Virus record (IMG/VR): IMGVR_UViG_3300037247_001786
Span: 384,001-448,000 of that record
DNA: 64,000 nt
From: a virus
Taxonomy: Duplodnaviria > Caudoviricetes
Direction: 5' to 3' (one strand)
How positions within the stretch are numbered: position 1 is the stretch's first letter; each line of letters starts with the position of its first letter. Of the stretch, positions 21,012 through 32,279 are shown piece by piece. The notes beneath the pieces were generated by a model that made no database searches, had not been told where the DNA came from, and saw only the letters and a list, made by a program, of their open reading frames with translations. The translations under genes and the position numbers were made by a program.

Positions 21012-21812
21012 ATGGACGGTTTAATGATTGACACAAAAGACAGCGGTATCGTAACAATAGAAAGAGCATTTTCTATTCCTGTTCCCGAAGAAACAAAGAC
21101 GTACAAGCCTGTCGGTAATGAGGCTCTTTGGAAAATGCTCCAGAGAACTGCCAATGTAAGAGGGCTGGAGTTAGGTACTCCTGAAATGGGACTCGCTCAA
21201 AAGGGACAGCGACTTTTTGGTCAAGTCGAGATTGTCAATCAAGACCATCTTGATAACGAAGTTCGTTTGATGCTTGGTTTCCGTAACAGCTATAACCGAT
21301 CGATGTCAGTCGGAATCTGTTTCGGAAGTAAAGTTTTTGTATGTTCTAATATGTGTTTTACGGGATATACTTCTGAAGATGAGGATGCGGTAGGTCAAGT
21401 TCATCATCGTCATCAAGCAAATGTATGGGAAGGGCTGCAAGAACGACTTAATGAGGCTTTGGATAAGTTCGAGGTATTCAAGAGCTATCAGAACGACTTT
21501 TACAGTAAGCTGAAAGAAAACGAGTTAACGGATGCGGAAGCCCATGATTTGATTATCAATTCAGTTCGGCATGAAGCAATTACGGCTAAAGATTGTTTCA
21601 CAGTTGCCGAAGAATGGGCGTTCCAGAATAGAGGCCCGCAAGATGATAGCGAAGAAGATAGATGGCATAAAGAATTCCTGCCCAGAAACGCTTGGAGCCT
21701 CTTCAATGCTTATACCGAGATACATAAGGGATTTCAGATAAAGAACCCCCTTGAAGCGAATTTGAGGTCTATCAAGATGAATAAGTTCTTTCATAACCAG
21801 TTTATGAGTTAA
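21012..21812 (+). CDS. DUF932-like phage/plasmid protein
   Basis: TKTYKPV...LMLGFRNSYNRSMSVGICFGSKVFVCSNMCF...NAWSLFNAYTE. Confidence 0.7.
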   Translation: MDGLMIDTKDSGIVTIERAFSIPVPEETKTYKPVGNEALWKMLQRTANVRGLELGTPEMGLAQKGQRLFGQVEIVNQDHLDNEVRLMLGFRNSYNRSMSVGICFGSKVFVCSNMCFTGYTSEDEDAVGQVHHRHQANVWEGLQERLNEALDKFEVFKSYQNDFYSKLKENELTDAEAHDLIINSVRHEAITAKDCFTVAEEWAFQNRGPQDDSEEDRWHKEFLPRNAWSLFNAYTEIHKGFQIKNPLEANLRSIKMNKFFHNQFMS

Positions 21813-21819
21813 GACAAAG

Positions 21820-21853
21820 AAGGGGAAGGACATCGAAAGTTCTTCCCCTTTTT
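21820..21853 (+). terminator. Intrinsic terminator
   Basis: AAGGGGAAGGA...TTCTTCCCCTT + T-run, abutting element 21852. Confidence 0.75.
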
Positions 21854-21891
21854 GCCAGAGTGGTAAAAATTTAATCTTATAGTAGTATGAT

Positions 21892-22007
21892 GAGGCAGTC
21901 GGCGGAAAGAGAGTTGCCGTCAGAGCAAAGTTGCGGTCGAACCTACTCAAATATCGTAAAGTGCCTTGCAAGGAAACATGATATTCTTTGCCTGCCTCGT
22001 TTTTTTT
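21892..22007 (+). ncRNA. Candidate structured ncRNA cassette
   Basis: Directly after element 21852; closing stem GAGGCAG/CTGCCTC then T-run; internal stems CGGC/GCCG, GCAAAG/CTTTGC, AATATCGT/ATGATATT, CCTTGCAAGG; no ORF. Confidence 0.65.
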
Positions 22008-22052
22008 GTAATAGTATTTTGCCAGAGTGGTAAAAATTTAATCTTATAGTAT

Positions 22053-22281
22053 TGTAGGATGTTCGAGAATTAACGCATTCGTGGTGAAAGCCCATTTGAA
22101 TATCCTGCATATTTTTGAAGTAATGAGGTAGTGGCGGTAAATGGTCAAGCTAGCCAATGTCCGATTGCATACGATTTACGCATTATGCCTCCTCATTTTT
22201 TTTGAAGTAATGAAGTAGTGGCGGTAAGCGACGAACTGCTATCCGATTGCATACGACTCTATGCCTACTTCATTATTTTTT
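22053..22281 (+). ncRNA. Candidate ncRNA cassette: one hairpin RNA plus two tandem homologous structured RNAs
   Basis: 22053-22109 12-bp closing stem; 22117-22197 and 22204-22275 share GAAGTAATGARGTAGTGGCGGTAA and TCCGATTGCATACGA...TATGCCT with covarying closing stems. Confidence 0.7.
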
Positions 22282-22360
22282 ACACTGAAAAAAGATATTG
22301 TATAACCAGTATGTAATTTATTATCGGACGTTAAAATAGCATAAGCTGTTTTCGTATATA

Positions 22361-22681
22361 TTGTTAAGTTGGAGTAGTATTATGTGTAAGTTAGAATTTT
22401 TGGACAAGCATTTAGTATCACTGATAACGATTGTTATCTTGGCAGCAGTACTATTTGCGACAAGTGGTTGTGGGGTAGTCGATGGGGCTTTGCAAGATAT
22501 AGCTGGGACAGCTACTGCTTTAAGAGAAATCTCTAAGCCATTAGAAGAGAGAGCAAGAGCTAAAGATGCAGAAAGAAATGCAAAGTGGCTTACTATCTGG
22601 ACTATGCAACAGGAAGATTATAAAGAGATAGGGCATGAACCTAAAAAATTGCCTAAATTTCTTAAATTTGGTAAGAAATAG
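22361..22681 (+). CDS. Putative lipoprotein
   Basis: Hydrophobic stretch ending in lipobox-like ATSGC. Confidence 0.45.
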   Translation: MLSWSSIMCKLEFLDKHLVSLITIVILAAVLFATSGCGVVDGALQDIAGTATALREISKPLEERARAKDAERNAKWLTIWTMQQEDYKEIGHEPKKLPKFLKFGKK

Positions 22682-23405
22682 ACATTAACAAAAGAGGGTA
22701 GTCATATTCTTTTGAGTATTACTATCCTCTTTGTTTTTAATATTAAATTAATTTTAGGAGATTTATAATGTTTAGTTCCATAGATGGTGGTTTTCAAATA
22801 GTTTTAGAAGGTTTATTTACAATGGATTTCTCTTGGTTTTTTATGTTCTGCTTAATAGCGGTACTTAATGTAATTAAAGTCCCAATAATGATAATAAAGA
22901 AGTTGAAAAAATAAGGGGTATACGATGGAGATTTACTTTTATTTTCCCTTAACAGTTTTATTTTTTATGAATGTCGTGAAGAAAATTTTCTAATTGCCAG
23001 AGTGGTAAAAAAATAGGTTTATAGTAATATGAAAATGATTAAAAAATGGCTTATACCTATTATTATAACATTGTTAATCGCTCTGTTTGCAGTTTGTTGT
23101 GCAAAAAAACAAGTGGAAAAAACAGTGCAACAAGATAGAATCTTAATGGAGAAATAAAATGATTTGCCCATATTGTATAAAAGAAATTAGTATGTTCGCG
23201 ACAAAATGTCCTTATTGTCACAGTGCAGTTCAGTATGATGCTGGCTCCGAGCTTAAAGATTGTTTTAAGGCACTTGTTATTATGGTAATAGTAGGTATAA
23301 TTTTATGGGCGATATTGTCGGCGGTATAAGTTGCCAGAGTGGTAAAAAAATAGTCTTATAGTATTATAAAGTTAATATCTTGAATTTTGATTAGGAGCTG
23401 AAAAA

Positions 23406-24140
23406 ATGAGAAAAATAATGAGCGATGATAACACTGTTTGGGATGAACGGAAAACAGATTTTACTGAACCATTGAGGAAAAAATCGGATGGTAAGCGATC
23501 AGCAGTTGCGGGGATTATTGTCCTATTAGGGATTATCTTGATATTTGGTATATGCTTTGTAGTGTCACGGATTACGACGGTTCAAGATGATCAATGGGCT
23601 GTTCGGCAACATATGAATGGGGATATAGAGGTTATAGAAGGTCCAGGAGTTTATCTTCCCTTGTTTAGCAAAATATGGATATATCCTCTTAAAATAACAG
23701 TTGAATATAAAACAACCGCTTATTTTAACGATACTGAGGCAAGAGAGGTGAAAACGCTCTGCCGAGTAGAATTACCCGAAGATAATACTGATAGAGTATC
23801 TCTTCATAAAGGACTTTCAGGAGACATATTTAATGTATATCCAATAGTTAGGGCTGCTGTTGGCAATTCGATTAAATCAATTGCCCCTATTATGAGTACA
23901 AATGAGATTGTCTATCACCGCAGAGCGGAATTTTGCGAATTAGTATATCGTCAATTAAAAGAAGGTCTTTTTCTCCAACATAGTTCTAGTAAAATCATTG
24001 ACGGTAAAAACGTCCTTATGTCTACAATCCAAAAGGATGAAAACGGAGACTATATCCCTATGAGCGACGCTATATTAGAGAGAATGGGATTGAATGTATC
24101 GCTTTTTAGCATCACCTCAATAGGCGATTTGCCAGAGTGA
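23406..24140 (+). CDS. Truncated SPFH/band-7 paralogue
   Basis: TM helix + SPFH-like core similar to 5298-6680 (AWRQ/NWQI start, R.AEF, FSITS); lacks the coiled-coil tail and ends DLPE* inside element 24129. Confidence 0.7.
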   Translation: MRKIMSDDNTVWDERKTDFTEPLRKKSDGKRSAVAGIIVLLGIILIFGICFVVSRITTVQDDQWAVRQHMNGDIEVIEGPGVYLPLFSKIWIYPLKITVEYKTTAYFNDTEAREVKTLCRVELPEDNTDRVSLHKGLSGDIFNVYPIVRAAVGNSIKSIAPIMSTNEIVYHRRAEFCELVYRQLKEGLFLQHSSSKIIDGKNVLMSTIQKDENGDYIPMSDAILERMGLNVSLFSITSIGDLPE

Positions 24141-26284
24141 CAAAAAAATAGTCTTATAGTATTATGAAGCCGAAAAAAGAAAAACATATTACTTCGAGAG
24201 TTAGGAAAGAGAACAAGACAGATAGAGGCGATCTACATACAAAGGTCATACCTGATAAAAAGAAAAAAGTGAATAAAGAAAAATGTCGAGGAAAGATAGA
24301 AGAAAATGAATGAAAAACTTTTCCCATTCCAGGTGAGCGAACCCCGCAAAATGACTATATTAGAACAAGTTTTTTGTATGGTTTATCTTGCGACCAGTAA
24401 AACTCTAAAAGAATTGAGACGATACCAGTCTTTAGTTGAAAAACAATTTATTTTAGCTACTCAAAATAATTGTGGGGAAAAATCATTCAAAAATTTAGAG
24501 GCGATGCAACACTGTTATGATGCTGCCGTAGCTTATCAACAATTCGATGATGATTTCTGGTTAGCTTTTATAGATACATCTGATAGAACCTAAAATGGTT
24601 TGGATTATTTGCCAGAGTAGTAAAAATTTAATTTTATAGAAGTGTTAATAATACTTTTAAGGAAAAGAAAATGATTGAAGTTACTACTAATGAACCGATG
24701 GTTATAGAAGTAAGACATATAATGCACAAACATTTCGAGATTGAAGTTAAAATTGACAATCAGCCTCATGATCTCAGCATTTCGATTATATCGGAAGAAG
24801 ATGAAGAAGGGGAAGATACGGAGTTGGTTCGTATCAGAGTTGACGATAGGACTTTCACCGTTGGAGAAAAAGAAGATGTTGCAGAGAAACTTAACGGACA
24901 TCTTGGAGTCTGGTTCGATAGTAAATATCCTTTGTATCAGGTAGAAAAAACTAAAGAAACTCTTGACGATGTTTTTGATACTATTTGGGAATATCTCGAA
25001 GAAAAAGACCTATGCTAATTTGCCAGAGTGAAGAAAAACTAAGGTTATATCATTATGAAACATGCAAACATAGACAATAGACTAATGAGTAATGGGGCGG
25101 TAGCGTTCAAAGAGGGATTAGGTTGGTTCGGACTGCACCACATAGGAGACCCTACTCCGTCAATATTGGGGGCACAGGTATGGAGACATCTACAAGAAGA
25201 TATACATTATCTGAAAAGTATCAGAAAGAGGTTACTCGCTTATAAATCTTGGGATGAATATATTAACGATGGACTTTGTCCCTATTGCGGTAAATATGAT
25301 AAGGGGATGCCGGTCGCAATTCATCCCGAATTATATAGCAAGACAAACCAGATAGGGCTATATCTACCTGACCCAGAAGCAACAGACTCAAAGACAACGC
25401 TCGCTACTGACCCAGAAGCGAAACAGCATAAACATATTAAACACAGGAATCTTATATCTGCTGATAATGCTAAAGAAGATGGAGTTTTCATAGAATGGGT
25501 ATATGTTATAGACCCTTTAAGTTATGAATTAAATATACTGAAATCTGTTAGAGGAGAAGGCACCCACGTTCAATCTGTATTCGGAGGAATGAAACTATAT
25601 AACTATCAATATATTTCAGTAAGAAAATGTGAACTTCTTCGGAAAGAACAATCTTGGGAGCCTGATTGGGAAGAAATAGAAGAAAAAGGTAAAAAATTGG
25701 CGACAGGATTTTACCATAAATATACGAGGCAGGCAAAATGAAAGGCAAAACATATAATAGTATAATATTGGGTATTGGAATAACAACTGTGATTTTCGCT
25801 CTTCTAACTATCCTTAATCATTTTTTTCTTATACCTGCTGTTGTAGGACTATTATGTATGTTGGGTTTCGGTTTTACGTTTCAATATGATATAGATGATG
25901 AAGACTATCTTTAAGGAGAATTAAAATAATGTTTATTGAGATAATAAGAGAAGCAAAAGATAGGCTATATAGTAATTATTGGAGATTTATGATATCCACA
26001 GATACTCCAAAAATAAAAGTAACTTTATGGGAATTTCGTAAAAGAAGTAGAAGAACTACTAGATGCCAGTGGGTATCAGAACATACTTACACTTCGTTAG
26101 ATAGGAGACATAATAACCTCAAAAAGGGAGATTTTATAATTCCAGAAGATGTGGATAAAGAATTGAAAGAGAAGTTAAATAAGATGGTATCAGAGATTGA
26201 AGTAGAAATAAGATAATTTGCCAGAGTGGGTAAAAATCTAATTTATAGTATTGTAAAGAATAATATAATACTGGAGTTAAAACG

Positions 26285-26980
26285 ATGTATAGAGAAGGCC
26301 AGAAAATAATTACTAAAAGTAACGAACACGATGAAAACTATCGAGTTGGTATTTTCGTTGCATATAATGACGCACTGAAAAGTCCTGATAATATTCCTAT
26401 GATAGAAATAGAGGGTATCACTTATACTTGTTTCGGTATAACTATGCCTTTCACAACCAGTCTTACTGCAAGACTCGATAAACTTACTCCAAAACATCAA
26501 TGGGAATTTCTTTGTGCTATTAAGAGTTGGGATAGCGGCAATCAGTTTATCATTATGAGAGGGTTGCCGGGAAGTGGAAAATCCACTCTTGCCAGAAAGT
26601 TAGCTGGTCTAACTGGTCAAGTTTTTAGTACAGATGATTTCTTTTCTATGACGGGAGAGTATATCTTTAATCCTACACGACTTGGCAAGGCTCATAAATG
26701 GAATCAGAATAGGTCAAAGGCTGCTTTCTCTGCTAATATACCTATTATTGTAATTGATAACACTAACACTACGATTAGCGAAATGAGAAATTATCTGCCT
26801 CATATCGAATTGGCTCGACTTTATGGTTATCAAGTTTTTATTGCAGAACCAGATACAGATTGGCGTTTTAACGTCGATGAATTGGTACTTAAAAATTCTC
26901 ATGGCGTACCTAAAGAAGCAATACAAAGGATGGCTGATAGGTATGCTCACGATGTTAGGTTGGAAGATATTTTGTTTTAA
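26285..26980 (+). CDS. P-loop kinase (AAA_33 / N4BP2-like polynucleotide kinase) with N-terminal extension
   Basis: IIMRGLPGSGKSTLARKL, STDDFF, VIDNTN, KNSHGVPKEAIQRM. Confidence 0.85.
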   Translation: MYREGQKIITKSNEHDENYRVGIFVAYNDALKSPDNIPMIEIEGITYTCFGITMPFTTSLTARLDKLTPKHQWEFLCAIKSWDSGNQFIIMRGLPGSGKSTLARKLAGLTGQVFSTDDFFSMTGEYIFNPTRLGKAHKWNQNRSKAAFSANIPIIVIDNTNTTISEMRNYLPHIELARLYGYQVFIAEPDTDWRFNVDELVLKNSHGVPKEAIQRMADRYAHDVRLEDILF

Positions 26981-27005
26981 GGTTTTCATTTTTAACTCCT
27001 CTAGG

Positions 27006-27040
27006 AAAGCTCTTGCGGACTCAACGCAAGGGCTTTTTAT
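27006..27040 (+). terminator. Intrinsic terminator
   Basis: AAAGCTCTTGCG-gactcaa-CGCAAGGGCTTT + T-run, abutting element 27041. Confidence 0.75.
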
Positions 27041-30000
27041 TTGCCAGAGTAGTAAAAAATTAGTATTATAGAAGTGTTAATACTAACACTGAATAGGAGT
27101 ATATAATGCCAGAAAGAGCCGAAAACGAAAGATGTAAAGAGTGTATCTGGTGGGAAAGAGATCATAAAAACAAAACAGTGAGAGTTGCTCGCGAGGTTTG
27201 CAATTCAGGATATCAAACTAGCCTTGTCCCACAGAAGACGGGAGAATGTCGTCATGATTTGCCACAATTAGCAATCGAATCTAAAGATGTATCAGCAGAT
27301 TTTGAAAGATTCTCTACGGTTGTAAAGACCACTAAAACGGTATGGCCTGCCACAAGAGAAAATGAATGGTGCGGACAGTTTTGCCAGAGTGAAGAAAAAA
27401 CTACTTTATAGAAGTGTTAATAATAACACCGAGTTGGAGTTTATAATGCTTTATTTTGAACAGTGGAGACAATCTCGAAGGCTACCCGAAAAAGGGGATG
27501 TTATATATGTTATCCCTATTCGATATTGGGAACCAGATGAATATACTCCTGAAAAGTTCACGGTAGAAAAAGCGTATATACAAGAAACAGGTGGTAGATT
27601 AACCCTTTATGGACAATATGAGAAAGAAAAGCCCGATACTCCTATGTATGCGGCTAAAGATTGTGATGCTCAATGGTATTGGGATTATGAGAGTGCCAGA
27701 AAAGTACAGCTTTTATTACATCAAATATATGAGGTAGTTTCACATGACGACGCTGCCCATATAGTAGAAAAGATATTGAGAGAAGAATTGCCAGAGTGAA
27801 GAAAAAACTAATTTACAGAAGTGTTAATAATAATTTAATTGGAGATAGTAAAATGAGTGTAACAAAGATAATTACAGTAATGTTTTGTATTCTATCGTTG
27901 ATCGTAGGATTCGTACTCGGCGGACTTGTTGATAATTTCCGTTATGAAACAGTTGTTGCGGAAAAAGACGCACTAAGAAAAGACCTATTGTATAACATAG
28001 GATTGCTTACCGTAACACAAGATGCTCTTATAAGTAGGGGGCGTGCTTTAGAAGAGGTTATATATGATAATATGAAATATTTCACGATAATAGAGGCGTA
28101 TAAAAAGCGAGATAATTTCGACCCTAACGATTTGCCAGAGTAGCGTTTTTTCTATCTTATAGAAGTGTTAATAATAACACTGAATAGGAGTAATAATGAA
28201 TTATAAATATGAATGTTCTTGGAGTCCTCACGACGGTTGGCATTTTTCTTTAGGGAAAAAAAGATTATGGGAAGCCAGTACAGGATATATAGTTGCGGAG
28301 ATTCACACTTGGAGAGAATACTCGGAAGATAAACTTAAACCTGGACAAAAACATGAGGGGTATAGAAACCACGAACATTTTACAGAGTTGGAAGATGCTC
28401 TTAACTTTATGAGAACAGGAGAAATCCCTACTTATTATATCGTAAATAGTCGTTTTCAGCCTTTAAGCTATTTTGCCTCTAATGATTTCGTTACGAAAAA
28501 ACAGCTTAGATTTAGAAAAAGAGATTGTATCTCTTATAGAAACAAAAAAGAGGCACTAGAATATTTGGCTATCATTCAAAGTGAATGTAGACAAAAAGGA
28601 CAAGCACAATCATTAAAAGTAAGTACTTTATGTAAATGGTAAAAATTTGCCAGAGTAGTAATTTTTCTATCTTATGGTATTATGAAAAGAAAACAAGATA
28701 AACGAAGAAGAAAACAACGGGCAAAGATTGTCCTTAACTTAACCCAAAAGGTTTTGGATAGTCTTGCTCGGTTAGCAGTAGGAAAGACACCACCAGAGAT
28801 CGTCAAGGCTCACGTCGCTTACTATGATACTTGCAACACCGCAGAGCAATTAACCCTTATGGGTATATTCAAAAAAGAAGAAGATAAAATAATGACAGAT
28901 ATAGCTGAATTTTTTGCGGAGAAATAAAATGGGATTACCTATAAATGGTGTCGTAAATGCTGCTGGCGAAGTATGTATCAATACAAAAGATTTGTTGCTA
29001 TATCTAAATGAGCCTAAAAATAAAGACTTAACAAGAGAAAAAATATGCCTAGTGATAGAAGCGTTTACTAAGGGGATGCTAAAGAAAAAGTCATAATTGC
29101 CAGAGTGAAGAAAAAACTAATTTATAGAAGTGTTAATACTAACACCGAATAGGAGTATATAAAATGAAGATAGATTATTGGGGACTTATTAAGTTTCTTA
29201 TCGTAGTAGCTATAATATCGTCGTTTATTTGGGCTGTATTTATCTGCGAAACAGGGTGGCATAAAACCACTATGAGAACTGCCGACGCGAGAAATAAAGC
29301 GTATGCGATCAAGAATGACATCTACGAGGCGAGATTTCCCAAAACAGGAGATACGATAATTCTAAATGGGAAAAAGATAGTTATATTGAAAAGTTATATC
29401 TGGAGTAGAGAAAGAAGATATGAAGTAAGACAAGAAGATGGAACCATAACCGATGTTATGGGTTCCGAAATCATAGATATAAAACCAATAAAACAGGAGT
29501 AATAAAATGGAACATCATAAAATCGTAGCGGCAATGATACGAAAACAAGTAGAAGGCGAAGCCGTAAATAGTCACAAATTTGGATATATGAGACAATTGG
29601 CTGTCGATTTTGCCGATTGGTATGACAAACAAAAGGAACTTTTTTGTCGAGAAGTATTCTTTAGTGGTTGCGGTATTAAAGAACACCCGTATGGAAAAAC
29701 GCCAGAGTGATAAAATTTTAATATTATAGTAGTGTTAATAATAACACTAAATTGGAGTAATAAAATGAAAAAAATAGTAAAAGTATCTTGTATGACAGTA
29801 GCGATAACCTTATTTGCGATGTCAATTATCTTCTTTATGGCTGGCAATCATAGATGTAACAGAGCCATGAAACTATATGAACAAGTTACAGAAAGTAATC
29901 TAAAAACCGATAAGAGACTCGATGAAACTGCATCGGTAATAAAACAGATAGAAGATAGAGAAAAAATACGACCTCACACCGTAGTCTTATTAAAACCTAA

Positions 30001-30145
30001 TGAATTTGGGCTATGGGATGTAGAAGATATAAAACAATTTGAACAAGGGCAACAGAAAGAATTTATAGACTTTCTTAGAGGTAAACAAAATTTGCCAGAG
30101 TGACAAAAAATATATCTTAACACTGTATAACGAATAGTAATTTAT

Positions 30146-30349
30146 GCCGGGAGTCGTAGAAGTAGAAACAGAGTAGCGGAATGCCGAACCCCCTTAAGCA
30201 AGGGCTTGACCGCGGGCGAAAGGTTTTTACCGAAGCTATTAGGGTAGATAGACGTACCCCTAATAGAAGCATAGAGAAAACTAACTAATAGTTGAGCTTG
30301 AACTGGGTTGACTTTCTCTTAAACTCTTAACGGGGTTCTCCTGGCACCA
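30146..30349 (+). ncRNA. Candidate ~200-nt structured ncRNA with acceptor-like stem and 3' ACCA
   Basis: After element 30092; GCCGGGAG...CTCCTGGC-A-CCA then T-run; internal hairpins CCCTT/AAGGG, CTATTAGGG/CCCTAATAG, AGAGAAA/TTTCTCT; no ORF. Confidence 0.65.
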
Positions 30350-30880
30350 TTTTTTGAGAAAGAAAGTAATGAGAAACAGAAAAACACATGTAGATTTGCC
30401 CATAAAGATACCCCAAAATATACTTGATATATTGATAGAGTATCAAAACTGGAGAAAAGACCAGAGTAAATACCCTAAAGGGTATAAACTTGGAATGCTT
30501 AAAAAGCTAGATAAAGCATGTCTTAAATGGCATTTATACGCTGGTTGGGAAAGTATGGGTGGTTCTTTCTTTTTCCATACTAAAGTGGGTATTATGATTT
30601 ATACTCATGTCAGTGGAAGTAAGCCTTTGAAAATTCAGCAATGTACTGATAAAGATAGTAATCCTTGGAATGGGGAATATCCTCGAACAGAAGAAATAGA
30701 TAACTTTGTTTATCATTGGGATAAATACGAGCCTTTAATACTGTAATTCTTCGATTTCTTTATTCTAGGGGAAGTGTAACAACTTCCTCTTTTTTACGCG
30801 AAAATAAATTGCCAGAGTGATAAAAAAACTCTCTTATAGTATTGTAAACAATAACAATATTATTTTTAGGGAGTAAAGAA

Positions 30881-31264
30881 ATGAAAACGAAACAAGAAAT
30901 CGAAAATGGAATGGCTCAATGTATTGGTACCGAAGGGTATCACTTCAATGGAATGTTTGGTAAAAACTTTGTCTACACCGATGGTATCAAGTTTTTACTC
31001 GAATCGGCTAATGCCTATTGGCTATTGACTGCTATTTTCTCTTATAAGAGAACAGAAGATTTTCAAGTATGGACTTTGAAGGTCTCGAATGGCAAGGCAG
31101 TATTAACAATGAAAGAGGATACAAATACTCCCGTTATCGTCAAACAAGAAATACCTTATACAGATTTCCCACTTGACGAAATCGAAGTTTGGGCTATTAA
31201 CGACCACAATTGTAACGGAGAGTATGGCGATCACGTCGTACTAATCTTGAAATCTGAATACTAA
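30881..31264 (+). CDS. DUF6876-like phage/plasmid protein
   Basis: YTDGIKFLLESANAYWLL...FQVWTLKV...QEIPYTDFP...VLILKSEY pattern, recalled from memory. Confidence 0.65.
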   Translation: MKTKQEIENGMAQCIGTEGYHFNGMFGKNFVYTDGIKFLLESANAYWLLTAIFSYKRTEDFQVWTLKVSNGKAVLTMKEDTNTPVIVKQEIPYTDFPLDEIEVWAINDHNCNGEYGDHVVLILKSEY

Positions 31265-32279
31265 AACTCCTTAAATGAGCGATAGGGTGGCTTGCCAGCG
31301 TAGGTAAGCCGCCTTATTCGTTATTGCCAGAGTGGTGTTTTTTCTATCTTATAATGATATAAAGAACAATAATTTTTGCGGAGAAATAAAATGATAGATA
31401 AAACTGATGTCAAAAAGATAGTAACGACCAAACAAGATAACAAAAGGCTATTTATTCTTACAAGCGGATATTATAGTAAAACTTTGGACTATTTTCTTTT
31501 TTTAATAGATATAGCAAAAGAAAGTTTTCCTGAATTAGAACCAAAAGATATAAAAATAAACCATTATACAGGTAGATTCCATAAGGGGCAATGTGGAATA
31601 GAATTTAGTGTAGTATGTAAAAATGTACCTGATGGTTATGAAGAGTATGGCGATAGAATGGTTTGTACACATTATCCTACATAATAACCTTTATGGAGTA
31701 AGAAAATGAGTAAAGAATACTGGATAGAAAGTCTCGGACGTATCGAGCTGCAAATGACAATGGAACAAGCCGAAATGGTGCCACTGTCTGGAGATGTGGA
31801 ACACGGAGTTTGTCTCTTATCAAAAGAAAAAGAGATAATTGATCAATTGGATAAATATACTCCGAAACTGATAGCAGAATGTTTATCAGAATATGGATGT
31901 TGGAATGAGGAGCAATTAAAAGACCATAAAGAGAATATATTACGTCTTTTATGGATGGCTGCATCTGATATTCAAGAAAAAGAATTGCCAGAGTGACAAA
32001 AAATAGGTCTTATAGTATTGTAAAGAAAACAATAATAATAACTTTCTTGGAGTAAAGAAAATGAAAACCGCAACACCGACAAAAGAAAAAGCACAAGTAT
32101 CAGCCAGAGAAATGAATGAAGCCGCTGCACTGATAAAAGAATATGGTCTCAATGAATTGGCTAAAGATTGTCGAAAAAAGTCAGTCGAAGCCGCTATGAA
32201 AACTAAAGGGATACTTTTTGTCGAAAAAGATGGTCCCGTTATGAGAGTTATTCAAGATATAAGAGATGCCCGTAGTTAA

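Noticed and set aside
30146-30349. tmRNA call for the CCA-ending RNA
   Set aside because: Too short, no T-arm consensus and no tag reading frame seen; kept only as an unknown ncRNA.
31287-31296. TTGCCAGCGT near-copy of the element
   Set aside because: Lies in a terminator-like hairpin arm, breaks the invariant core and lacks TTAT at +25.
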